Of a stretch of 64,000 bases of DNA, positions 13,099 to 24,350 are shown in pieces (positions within the stretch are counted from its first letter, which is position 1; each line of letters begins with the position of its first letter). The translations under genes were made by a program, and so were the position numbers. This DNA is from Glaucostegus cemiculus (Eukaryota): contig CDPCPM010000033.1 in the NCBI GenBank assembly GCA_976551045.1, forward strand, positions 11,346,001 to 11,410,000, given 5' to 3'. The notes beneath the pieces are model-generated. The model saw nothing but the letters and a program-made list of their open reading frames with translations, had not been told where the DNA came from and ran no database searches.

Positions 13099-13603
13099 CA
13101 GAAGACGGTCTGTCTGAATATCTAGTGCAATAAACCCAGGCAGGCCACATTAGAGTCGCTGATGCTGCTGTTTTGATTCCATCACTGTTGGATATAGGTT
13201 CTGCATTAGCCCCCATAAGCATAAGCGCCGAGCCAGTGTTTTCTGCATACTTTGTCGAATTAGTTCCATTGCCTTCGTTTTGCTTTGGTTGGGATTGCTT
13301 GGACGGCTGCGAGGAGCTGTCACTGCAATCTGAATCCGCACTTAGACTCGATGCATTTGACGGCCTTGTCAGGGGATTGACGTTCTCTCTCCCGGACGTC
13401 TGCGCCCGATCTCTCTCCTTCTTGCACCCAAAGTCCGGCCTCAGGATATTATCAATAAAAAAGTTCGTGTTTCTGTGCGGCTGCGGCGCCGCTGGATGGG
13501 GCTGTATTTGGGGCGACTGGAAGGGCGGAGAGATGGAAACGCGATCCGCCTCGCTCGACTCCCTGCTCTCCACGCGGATGTTTTGATCCTTTTGCTCTTC
13601 CAT
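13099..13603 (-). CDS. en1: Engrailed-1 homeobox protein, coding exon 1 (MEEQKDQN...; EH1 HRNTNFFIDNILRPDFG, EH2 WPAWVYCTRYSDRPSS)
   Basis: ATG at 13603-13601 in a strong Kozak context (aatATGG). EH1 and EH2 engrailed motifs are present in ORF 13085..13804. The exon ends ...TCT TCT G|GTAAGA, a phase-1 donor at 13098. Coding length 505 nt. Confidence 0.97.
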
Positions 13604-14130
13604 ATTTCGAGCTGTCAGTTTCACCGGCTTGATCCTTGCCCCACTTGATCGGCGGCGTATCCAACACGACGAAAGCCAAGCCCCCTTCTCCGCTCGCCTT
13701 TTGGCAGCCGCTTCCCCCCTCCACTCTCTCTCTCTCTCTCTCTCTGAGCGACAGCTGCTCTTATGGACTTGGCATGGTGGGTGTCTCGGTGCTTTCACCT
13801 CCACTTTTCATGCTTGCTGTGCCATGCAAAGCTGGCACTGCACTGATCTTTGTCTGGAGTCCGTGGCGATTCTCTGACACTGCGAGCTTTGCAAACTCCT
13901 AAATCGCAGCCTCTCCCGGCCACTTTTTCCAGCGGCCGGAAGCACGTGAATGGCAGGCACGTGCGCTCCGCCAATCAGCGGCGCCGGCGTCAGGCCCCCG
14001 GGGTGGACTCCCGGTGACAGCGGCCGGGCCGGCCAATCGCAGGCGCCGCTTCCCCAAATAAATAAAACCCCAGATGAAACGTAAGAGATATGTTGGTTGG
14101 TGGGAGGGAGGGGTGGGGGGGGGGGGGGGT
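13290..14130 (-). promoter_or_regulatory. en1 CpG island and proximal promoter
   Basis: GC- and CpG-rich stretch. Two CCAAT boxes (13971, 14033), two CACGTG E-boxes (~13943, ~13958), a CRE-like half site GGCGTCA (~13986), an AT-rich element at 14056-14067 and a G-rich tract at 14102-14129. The transcription start cannot be placed from sequence alone. Confidence 0.8.
13724..13745. repeat. (CT)n/(GA)n microsatellite in the en1 5' leader
   Basis: About 11 CT units seen directly. Confidence 0.9.
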
Positions 14131-16332
14131 TCACCACTGGGTCTTGCAAATCCACTTCCCAGGGTCTTTGCAATAAGCAAACGTGACAAAAAGAGAGATC
14201 TTACCAAAATGAACACTCCAATTTTAGCTAAACTTGTGAGCAATCCCTCATGATCAGTTATTGCATTTCGAAAGAAAGTTTCTCACGAAACTGTTTAGCA
14301 AACAAAAAAAAAAGGCTTGATGCTCTCCTAGGTTTCAATAACTGGAATTCGGTCAGTATATTAACTTGTGTTGCAGAACAGAAGCAGCATTCTTTTTTGT
14401 TGTTTATAAAACAGTGAGTACAACAATTGCTGTGAGCTTCATCGCGGGAGAACTGCCAGATTTAATTCACGAATTATGTAATTCAAGTTTCAGACCGTAC
14501 TTCCGTTAATGATGTGACGACAGTCGTGTTTTGAAACGATGCTATGTAGATCTATGTGCCTATGTTTACCAATGCAGTTGCGTCGTTCAAGGCAAAACTA
14601 ATTGAATTTTGTTTTCACAGATGCTGAAACTTTCCACCTTACCGTCATAAATTCATCTAATAAATTCACCCTCCAGTTTTCGTATTGGTGAAGGTGTCAG
14701 TGCTCACAGCTGTGTTAGTAGCTTAAGCCAAATAGGGTTCTGTTGAGTTTTCGATGATGCTTACCTGTAAGCTCCAAATGGAGTGACCCTCTTCGAAAAA
14801 CTGTCATAGATTTGTGAGATATAATGTGCCTTCGACTTGTTGGAAAACGTATCTTGCCTCTTTTATGCATGCCGAAGTGAAAATAGCAAACTCACGCATG
14901 ACAGCTGTGAAACAAGACAAGGTAGAATCCACGAAAAAGGATACCATGTTATGGTGCCATGGGAAAGGTCCAGAACAAATTAATATTTCTAGCTTGCAGT
15001 TATGGCGCAGTTCTATAGATTTTTTGACAGAATATATTATTAATGGGTACAGTCCGTTTTTCCAACAATATATATTTTCCTTATGTAGAGGTTTTAGGTT
15101 CACTTAAGCCTGCACAGAACTTAACTCTGATAATATAAAAGTAAGCAAGACTCTTCAATCAAACAATGATCATTCATAAATACTCAATACGTGTTTTTTG
15201 GGATCGCCAAAATAACTATACTTGATCAATGATCCAATACTTTCTCCCCGCCTTACTACAACAATCTCGGCGCCAGTGTAATGCCGGGTAGATTAAAATG
15301 CGTATAAATAAGTTAGGAAAGAGTGATTCAAATATAAAAAAAAGCGTTTTTGCCATTGAACATGCCAGCAATTATCTACTATTAACGTTGTGCAAGTTTT
15401 ATGACATTAAGATTGATAACAGTATCTAAATGACAGCCTGTAAACCCAATTGTAATGGACACTAGTTACAAAAGTCAGAAAAGATGTATTCTTTCATTTA
15501 AGTTTTTTTCATGAAATAAGAATATGCGGGTTCACATTGCAGTAATTAATTTTCACAAAACTATAACCTAAATCGTTTGAACATTCAGAATCAAATAATT
15601 ATGGAATAATGATAAATTAAGCAAACCGTGCCGCAGGTATTCTTTCGTTTGAATAAATCTGCGTGTTACTTACAAGACTCAGGAAGTTTAAAGAAAAAAT
15701 CCCCAATGCCAGTCAATCTAAACAAAAAGAACATTTAGAAAAAAGTGAAAGGCAAAATATTCAATACTGCCGCTTCAGTTTCCTTTTGAAGAAGTTAGAG
15801 TGCAAAACAACGGCTATTCTTTTAAAAAGTAGGAAATAAGGAAACCGTTGTTTCGAAGTAGGCGAACAATAAGCAGCAATTAAATATGGTGCCGTTTCCA
15901 CAAAAAAACAAGCTTCCTTTGGAACCAAAGGTTTATTTATATTTAAGTTAGCAAAATTGAAATCTTTATCCCAAAAGCGAGCCTGGGTACTTAATTAAAT
16001 TCTAATTACGACACTATCAATATCCCATTTAGCCACGTAGCTATTGTTGGATTCAGCCCTTTTCATGCAGTAAATGGAGTATCGGTGGCTTATCTCGACT
16101 GCAAGAGACGCCTTGAGAAGCGCTGCAAAAGATAATTTATAGGTTTTAATTACTCTTCATTCCGCCTGATCAGCTTGGCGTTCATCACATGTGAGTGAAT
16201 AAAATCTGGTCAAAAGCACTGTCAGTATTCCCTGGCAAGACGCTTAATCAAAGTAAGCAGGGCGATATTACACGCTGAGAGATCCTAAACGTAATTTAGA
16301 AGCTGCTGATAAAGCTGGTTGAATAATGCCCC

Positions 16333-16464
16333 NNNNNNNNNNNNNNNNNNNNNNNNNNNNNNNNNNNNNNNNNNNNNNNNNNNNNNNNNNNNNNNNNNNN
16401 NNNNNNNNNNNNNNNNNNNNNNNNNNNNNNNNNNNNNNNNNNNNNNNNNNNNNNNNNNNNNNNN
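16333..16464. other. Assembly gap (132 N)
   Basis: Run of N characters. Confidence 1.
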
Positions 16465-19396
16465 TTTTATTATTGAATATAATGCACACACCCATTGCAA
16501 ATCCTATATATACATCCTAGAGCTAAGGAAACTACAAAACGAGCCGATGAAATTTATACACAGAGACGCCTAAGAAGGAAAACGTTTTAGTTGTGTATCA
16601 TAACATAAAGACTCAGAGATTTGTCAGGTGATTTACTCCTAAATATGAAAAATACAAAATGTAAATTATAGGTTCCAAGTGAGTGTGTTCAACTGTCTGT
16701 GTGATAAAGTAGAACATACTTTGTAATAAAAACTATAGATTATGCAAGACACGTAAAGTAAATCACTATTAAAACCAGTAATTCTAAAATAGTGCAAACA
16801 TTTTCATCAATTTTCTGATTTGCCTCCTCGCCAGTGCTTTCTTCTTATTAACCAGTCTGTTATGACACTGAAATATATAACTTCTCTGTCCAACATATCT
16901 AAAGGTCGTGATCAAATCACTTTCGGCTACTCCTTGAAGGACGTAAATGAGTTGTTCCCATACAATGGATTTCATCGCTCCTACAGCGAATCGGTGACCA
17001 GGGGTTTTGTTTGAATTGAATACGAATAGATTTCTTCCACAAATGCACCATTCTAATTAGGAGCTGTAAGGTCAAGCCGTACACATTCTATGTCCCTAAC
17101 GCTAGACATCGGAAATGTGTGGGGCAGCAAGTCATTACCTGCCGATCCTTTCATTGTACTAATTCAACTCGGATCAAATGATTTGGTACCAATTTGTAAA
17201 GGAACCTTGCAGACCCCATTAGTTTAAGAAAGTGTAATAACGTGTTCATGCAATCTAATTACATAGCACGTTTGAGAAAATAGAATTGCATTTTCTGACC
17301 AATCTTGATGGGATTAGATGCAGCATTGCAATTACTTACTCAGACGTTGCAATGCAATATATTTACACATATTAAATATATTTGGAATACAGTAATCAAG
17401 TCGCCATTTTTGCTTTCGGGCTTGCAAATAAATACCTTTGTAGATTACATCGATATTTTTTTAAAAAGAGTTTGGAAATATTTAAAAATCATATGGAATG
17501 ATTTTGACAAAATGATTTAAATTTCAGCCCAGAGAGAGCGCTCAAGCCTTCATTTAGTCTGGAAACAAGGTCTCTGACGGTAAATGTATTTTGAAATACT
17601 GCCACCAGCAGAAGCCGGACAGCTTTGAACGGAGGGTCCACTCTGATCGGTTTGGAAATGCGAGTGTCACGTGCCACGGTTTGTGACTGTGTTCCTTGTG
17701 GTCTCTGGCTTCACTTCTGAATAAAATCTGTAGCTAACGAATCATTTAACGCTCAACTGCATCTCCAAGCACACAGTAGACGGGTCTTAAGCTCCGGGAA
17801 ACCAGTACTTTGAGAGTTCAGATATAAGCTTACGCACGCACCACGTTTTCAGTGAATAATACACTTATAGGAAGATGCGACGGTTAAGGCGACACGTTTA
17901 TAAGGTTATTAAGTAATACTGTGGCTTTAGACCTTTTTTTAATTTCACATGCTTTTTTCAAGTTTGAATATCCGCCGCATCATGGTGTTGATGCATGAAC
18001 GTCAAAGGAAATTAAGCGTGCAGCGAAGTCCACAAAATAAATGAATTACTTCACCAAAAAAGCGCCAAATAACACGTAGCGTTTGTATTCGCGTAACCCC
18101 CGTCAATCCGTGGATCAACTGCATGTCCATCTATAATGCTCTGATTGCCAAAATCGCTTTGTTTTGATGATGCTTTATGTTCTTATTGAATTCATGCCAA
18201 ATGTTTGCCAGCCTTCTTAAATCAAATCCGTAAATACATCCGTAAATACAGTTCTGTTATGATAATGATTATTGAATTATTGTTTTGAGCTGAACAATGA
18301 GTAAAAGATTTGCCTCTTTGGTTTGCTGGTTCTAACTGTATCCACTAATCGTTCCTGCCACACACACTTCAGAAGGTTTTGCAACTCTTTCGTTATCGCA
18401 GCAGTAACCAAAATCAGCACCAAGGCGAGCCAAAAGGTAAATGAACGGCAGTAACATATGTTATTTACAGCCCATACTGCTAAAACGATTTTTCGTACAA
18501 TACTAAAAAGCCGCTAAAAAGTTTTACAAACTGGTGCAAATGTGTACTAGAAAACAAAAAGTCCGTCGGTGTTGAATGAAATAGTCTGCGTCGGAGCAGA
18601 CTTTTTCATGATGTAATTCTGCTGCGGCCCAGTGGTAGCTCAAGGAATTAATCATCCCAGTTATTGGTACATGAAAAAAAAATCGTAAATAGCTGCAGGC
18701 CACCATTCTCACTTTCTCTTGATTCAACAAACTATGCACAAGGCCTGTATGTATTGGAAATCATGGGTGGGGATTGCGTTTCTGAGGTAAGTGACCAAGC
18801 GAAATAACCAACTCGGGGTTAACGAGGAACAAAAAAAAGTCAGACGGAGGATCCAATTTGCCATGTCCGATAATTTACAATCGGAAAGCATTTCCTTCAA
18901 TCCTTCCAAACTTTGATGTTTAATAACAGGGCACTTTATCAAAACATCTTCTCTGTGTATTTAGCAAGGCATGCGGAATTCACAACGTAGACTTTAAAAT
19001 GGCATTCTTTACTTCACCTGAGGCAAATTGTGACATTGCATTTCCTTCACTCTAAACTGGCAGATTTATTTGAATGGAATGGAAATATTGCAGGGAACCT
19101 CGGAAGCGTTTCTGAATTTCCAAAGTTTTTTTTGAGAAGGGCAGAACAATGATACCATTGTAGGTGCAGTGTATGATTTCGTTAAATGTTTATATATTCT
19201 TTCAGTTTAGTTGAGGAAACTAGCCACTTAAGTTTGGTGTCGATTAATAATAATAATACAAGTAAAATACAAATGGTTCCTTACTTTCCCTAACAATTTT
19301 CCACTACATGCCAACCAGGATACCGCGATGAAGTGTTTATTTTTGATTTAGGTGAAACAAGTCTTCTCACCTACTTGTGCGGCTCGAAGACCGGAA

Positions 19397-19410
19397 GCGC
19401 CACCTAGCGC
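19397..19410 (-). promoter_or_regulatory. CTCF-like motif
   Basis: Minus strand GCGCTAGGTGGCGC matches the CTCF core CCRSYAGRKGGCRS at 13/14 positions, next to an ETS-like CCGGAAG. Confidence 0.6.
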
Positions 19411-22400
19411 ACTTGATCTGGTCTGCGTTAAGCCGATCTCCCCAAACAATTTTAAATTACTATTTGAAAGAATATAAGAAAGGACTTAAAATGTGTAACA
19501 TAATTCTGGCAGCGTGAAGCAATGATCCATTCAAATGCTTGCACTATTAGGTTATTTGCACGTGAATTGAATAGATTATTGCAATTTTGCGGTTATAAAT
19601 TTGCGCTTAGCATGTATTCCACTTTAAATATGGACGTGTTCGGTCAGAATCTAGCTCCGTATTTATGGCTTAACTTACTATATATGATATCCAAACAATT
19701 CAACCATTCCGCCAAAACCAAAAGGTCATATTGATTTAATTACAAATTAAATCAAATCATCTTTTAACGCTATTACAGTTAGATATTTCATCATTGTTTA
19801 TTTAGCAACGAGGTAAAAGTCAATGCTGCTTTGAGGTAAAGTACTGTAAAAGTCTCATCGCTAATGTGAATATCTGGAGCTTTCCCTGTAAAAAGGGAAG
19901 GCAATTCTCAGCAGAACAAATCCTGCTGCATCAACTGTGCTACCATTGTTCTTTGAGAGTTTCGCGAATAGTGCCCGAGATCCTCTGAACTTTCGAACGT
20001 CGCTGTAGTAGCAAATTCTTTACAATAATTAAAAGTTGCAAAAACCGTGCATCATTTTTGGTAAAATTGGGCTTATTTCATCTACATTTGCCCATAAATA
20101 AAATAATATCAATTTCATGGTGGCTTATAAACAGGAGATTTTCTGTTTAATTGCAGTTCACGGTCAATTGTATTGATTTGAAATAATTTAATAGTTCTTG
20201 CTCGTATATTGCAAAAGGCTTAAATGTGTACACGATTTTCAATACTTTTACTAACGCAATGTGGTGAATTCTTGTTACCTAGTATATATCATAGACAACA
20301 AATATATTTCTCTCATTAAAACATTCTAGCGGATTAAATTACTGACATATCTAGCACCAGAGCTCAATGTTTATTTCTTTAATTGTAGAGTAGCGGCAAC
20401 AAGCAATTGCGATCAGGTCTATGCACTCCATTCTTATGGGGAAAATGTATATAAATTTTGCAATCAAAGTAAACGGTGCTATCAAATTTTGAGTAAATAT
20501 GTTTAATCTGCGGTAATATACATTAATCAGCAACTATTATGGATGGGGCAAGTTATTGTGTAGTACCCGCAGTAAACCCTAAGGGGCGCGCAATATGCTC
20601 GAACGGATGCATATCGTGATGAGATCGCCTGCTGCCTGTGGTGACCGAACTAGTCAACATTCACAATAGAACTTCTTTTTCTCATTTTCACAACTTCCAA
20701 TTTGTTCTAATTGTAATCACACAAATTAAGCAAGTAACAATACTCTTCTTCTGTTGATGTAATTATTTCTTAAACTATAATCTTCAAATATGAGAACTCA
20801 GCGATTGTTCAGTACCATTCCAATTTCTACAATTTTGCATCCTTTTAATGTCGATTCGTGATGTCTTAACTATTTGCATGCACATCCATTTGATGCATTT
20901 TTGTTTTGCAGATTAATTATTTAAACTTAGTAATTGTTTAAGGGAATTGAACAGAATGACTGATTTTGTATGTGAATGCTCTGGAGGTCAGGACGATATT
21001 TGAACAGGAGACTTAAATCGAGGTTTCTCGAAGATTGACCCTTAAAAAGTAAGCTCCATTCATTTGTTGTTGTTGTAGATTTTGCAATCTGTTCCTCATA
21101 CCGCCTCCCGTCCAACCCCATTCCCCTCATCTCCCCCCTTCCCCTACCACCACCAATAGCTAACTTATCAGTGCCACATGGTATTAGCCTCGTAGTTTAT
21201 AGAAACGTTATACATGGCTCTGTCAGTGTTGGGTGGCGTGTCTGGTTTTCTTATGCAGTCTAACAACTTCATTTAAAGACAGAACAACATTGTATTAGTT
21301 TATATTCTACGTGAAAAAGATCCACAGTAGAACTGTCCTCAAATGTTTTAGAACACTGAAATGATAAGGCGCAAGTGTGGTGTGAATCATTAAGTGATTC
21401 ATTCAGGCACTGAATTCCGAAGTGTCTGGGTCGAAGGTTTGCAGGAAATGTGCAAAGTAGAAAAGGGTTTCCTCCGTATGATACTGATAAATTAGGTCAT
21501 TCTTTTCTGGCTGTAAAAGTATGCCATGGGCAGCTTGATCTGGAATATTTTTTTTAAAAAATCGCTGTTTTATATTATTATTTTTATTGTTTGAAGGAGC
21601 TGGCTGAAGTATTCATTTCTGCGCAACGTAGACAGTGCTGGCGCCAGAACATCGACTCACCAAAGGCAATCGGGTTCAGAATGCTATCTGCAGATTTAGG
21701 GTATTTTATGCCTGGTGAACCGCTACAAGTTTCGAATGAGTTATGATGCTTTCGGAGTAATCACTACATTGAAACAGGAAGCCTCGCCTTGTTTGTCACA
21801 TTAATATTTACCCTGGTCAAGGGGCAGATAATCTAGATTTACAATATTTTGTTTTTCCCCAGATACTGTAAATATCTAATCACACCCAATCTGCCATTTT
21901 ATTGTTCCAGAGACATGTATAATGGTTCTCGTTTTCGGTTAATACGGATAGATTCTTTCACGGATTGCAGAATCCTCGACCAACATATCAAATATAAACA
22001 CCTTTAATCTAATGTTTGTATCAACTCATTCAACATTGCTAGAATATCAGTAACTACCGAAATCTTTGGGATTTAGGAAACGTTTATGGGTGGCCGTGAG
22101 TTGGTGTCGGGTTACTTCCAGAATGCTTCGTTTCTGCAGTTTTTGCTGAAGTTGCAGTAGATCACCTCACGCGAATGGGGCAACATTTCTGATGAGGATT
22201 AGTTTCTAGAATATGCGCAAATCCGTCCAACTCAAAAGTGCAGCGAATTATCTGAGTTATTGCGAGTAGAATTCGACTAACAACACGCTGGATATAGTTC
22301 CCCAATGACAAAATAGTGTTAACCATATGTGCCACCCACAAGTGCCTCCCTGGATTAGATTAGTCATCTAATAAGTATGGTGTCATTTTGAGGTTAAGGC

Positions 22401-22739
22401 ACTAATCAGTGAAGATTATCGAGATCATTTTGTACTCACTTCTGTTAGTATCTTTTCAAAGATAGAGCTGGCTTTGCAATTCCCAAAATAACTTCTGTAT
22501 TCTGTCTCCAGCTTCTTCACCAATCCTATGATTTTAGTCAACAAACCCCTCTAAATATAGTTCATATTTCCAAAACTCTTCTGATCTCCATAGGGTGACA
22601 TTCTTCTTTTGAAAAAAAAATGAAATCATACACGCTTTTATAATGTGTAATTAATGGTTGAATTAACTGTTGCAATAGCAAGAGCAGACAATTTAGAAAA
22701 GACCAATTTCTGGGAATATCATTTGCTGATGGCTTAACT

Positions 22740-23620
22740 ATAGTTTCTACCCATCAGTTGTCAGTGTGTCAACAGCACTGCCTTCTCCTCCAATGGTGCC
22801 CACAAGAATCTTTTCTTGGATGCTTCATTTCCTTATCTACCTGATGACCCTTAACATCCCGAAATATGGCACCACTTTCTACACAGATGATGACAACATC
22901 CAGTTCTCCCTCCAGCTAACACTTCTTCTGACCCCTCCATATTTTAATTGACTTTCAGGTTTGGGTGAGCAGAACTTTCCCCAAACTAAATATTGGGGGG
23001 AGGGTGGAAACCCAGGCAACGTCATTATTACAAACTCTGTCTCTAGCCACTGATTCTGACTCCATCCCTTGTATCTGTCTGAAATGGAATTAGATTGTAC
23101 TCAATCTTGGTGGAACCTATCCAGTTTATCACAAAAAAACACTTGTTTCTATGTCTGTGACATCTTTGCATTAGCTCACCTGCTGCCTGTGTTACCTGGA
23201 GACTTAACCTTTCCAATGGTCTCCCAGCCAAATTTTTCATAACTTACTGTCCATAAACCTAAACTCCATCAAACTAATATTCATAGCTTGCTCCAAAACC
23301 CATTCACGCGTCATTTTCTAACCACACTTGCTCCTGATTAAATAGCATCACGATTTCTAAGTTCTCATGTTTACTTTCAAATCCTTCTACTATTTTGCCT
23401 CACCCTTCTCTGTATTCTTATCCAAACTCTGTGGTATCTGCTAATTTTTTTTTACCTTTTTCTCATCACCCAAATTTAATCATCACACCAAACATGTCTT
23501 TAGCTGCCAAGGCCCTTGAGCTCTGGAGAATTACCTTTCTAAACCTCCACACCCTCCTTTAAGATCCTCAGTAAATCTTACTCCTCAGACAAAATTTTGG
23601 TCATCTTCTTAATATCTTCC
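22740..23620 (+). mobile_element. Highly decayed L2-type LINE 3' fragment
   Basis: FYTDDDNIQF resembles the RT YADDTQLY motif. Downstream relics resemble L2 'FKILLLTFKSL' and 'FSCQGP..W..FK.LLK.YL' segments. Confidence 0.6.
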
Positions 23621-23764
23621 ATTGGAAACAACCTTTCATTTGAAAACACTCCTCTGAAAGGACCTGCCTGTTGCTGGTGTTAAAAATCTTGTTGTCGTGG
23701 TTGTAGGCTTAACAGTCTTTCCTGTTAGTTAAATTCTATTTCAGAAATTTAAGATAGTGCAGTT

Positions 23765-24040
23765 TAAGATAAGATATCTTTATTAGTCACATGTACATCG
23801 AAACACACAGTGAAATACATCTTTTTGCGTAGTGATTTTGGGGGCAGCCCGCAAGTGTCACCATGCTTCTGGTGCCAACATAGCATACCCACAACTTCCT
23901 AACCCAGTACGTCTTTGGAGTGTGGGAGGAAACCGGAGCGCCCGGAGGAAACCCACACAGACACAGGGAGAACGTACAAACTCCTTAGATACAGTGGCCG
24001 GAATTGAACTACGCTAACCGCTACACTACCATGCCTGCCC
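23765..24040 (-). mobile_element. tRNA-derived V-SINE (HE1-like), A/B-box spacer deleted
   Basis: V-domain gtgggaggaaaccggagcgcccggaggaaacccac...gagaacgtacaaactcc. tRNA head with TAGTGTAGCGG and GTTCAATTCC on the minus strand. Tail ...gatgtacatgtgactaataaagatatc. Confidence 0.85.
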
Positions 24041-24089
24041 AATTTTGAAGCTGGGCTGTGCTGTAAAAATTAAGCTGAATTTCTACCTG

Positions 24090-24350
24090 CTCTTCCAGGG
24101 GACTGTATAAGATTTCACTGCAAGATATGAAGAAAAAACACAGAGAAACCCTGCCTCTAACCAATTAGCTATATTACCAACATACCCAATTGGTATTGGT
24201 ATTACTGTTTGTGAGATCTGACCATGCACAAATTGGCAATTGCAACATTTTACCTTAGAATATTGATTAAACTTCAAAGATGCTTTGGCTGTGAAGTTCT
24301 TTGAGAGCCACTGGGGTCATGTAAGGTGCTCTATCAACACAGATTCTTCC
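24090..24350 (+). mobile_element. Ancient Deu-domain SINE relic (SacSINE1/AmnSINE1-like)
   Basis: The stretch actgtttgtgagatctgaccatgcacaaattggc...cttcaaag...ttggctgtgaag...ggtcatgtaaggtgctctat follows the DeuSINE core and tail pattern as I recall it. Confidence 0.6.

Noticed and set aside
10114-13603. Assignment as en2
   Set aside because: The N-terminus (MEEQ...RES...S.SP), EH3 (RTRKLKKKK), YITEQRRQT and the C-terminal GLALHL..STTTIQD match En1 better.
13085-13804. The 239-aa ORF as a complete single-exon protein
   Set aside because: It starts at a GTG, includes a translated GA microsatellite (ERERERE) and runs past the splice donor. The real CDS most likely starts at the ATG at 13603 and splices to exon 2.
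13173-14243. Overlapping antisense and alternative-frame ORFs over exon 1 and the promoter
   Set aside because: Expected by-products of GC-rich, stop-poor sequence, with no recognisable domains.
16268-16573. ORFs spanning the N run
   Set aside because: Artefacts of the assembly gap.
20575-20592. Third CTCF-like motif (ACCCTAAGGGGCGC), and a similar one at 5431
   Set aside because: Three or more mismatches or a gap in the core, so too weak.
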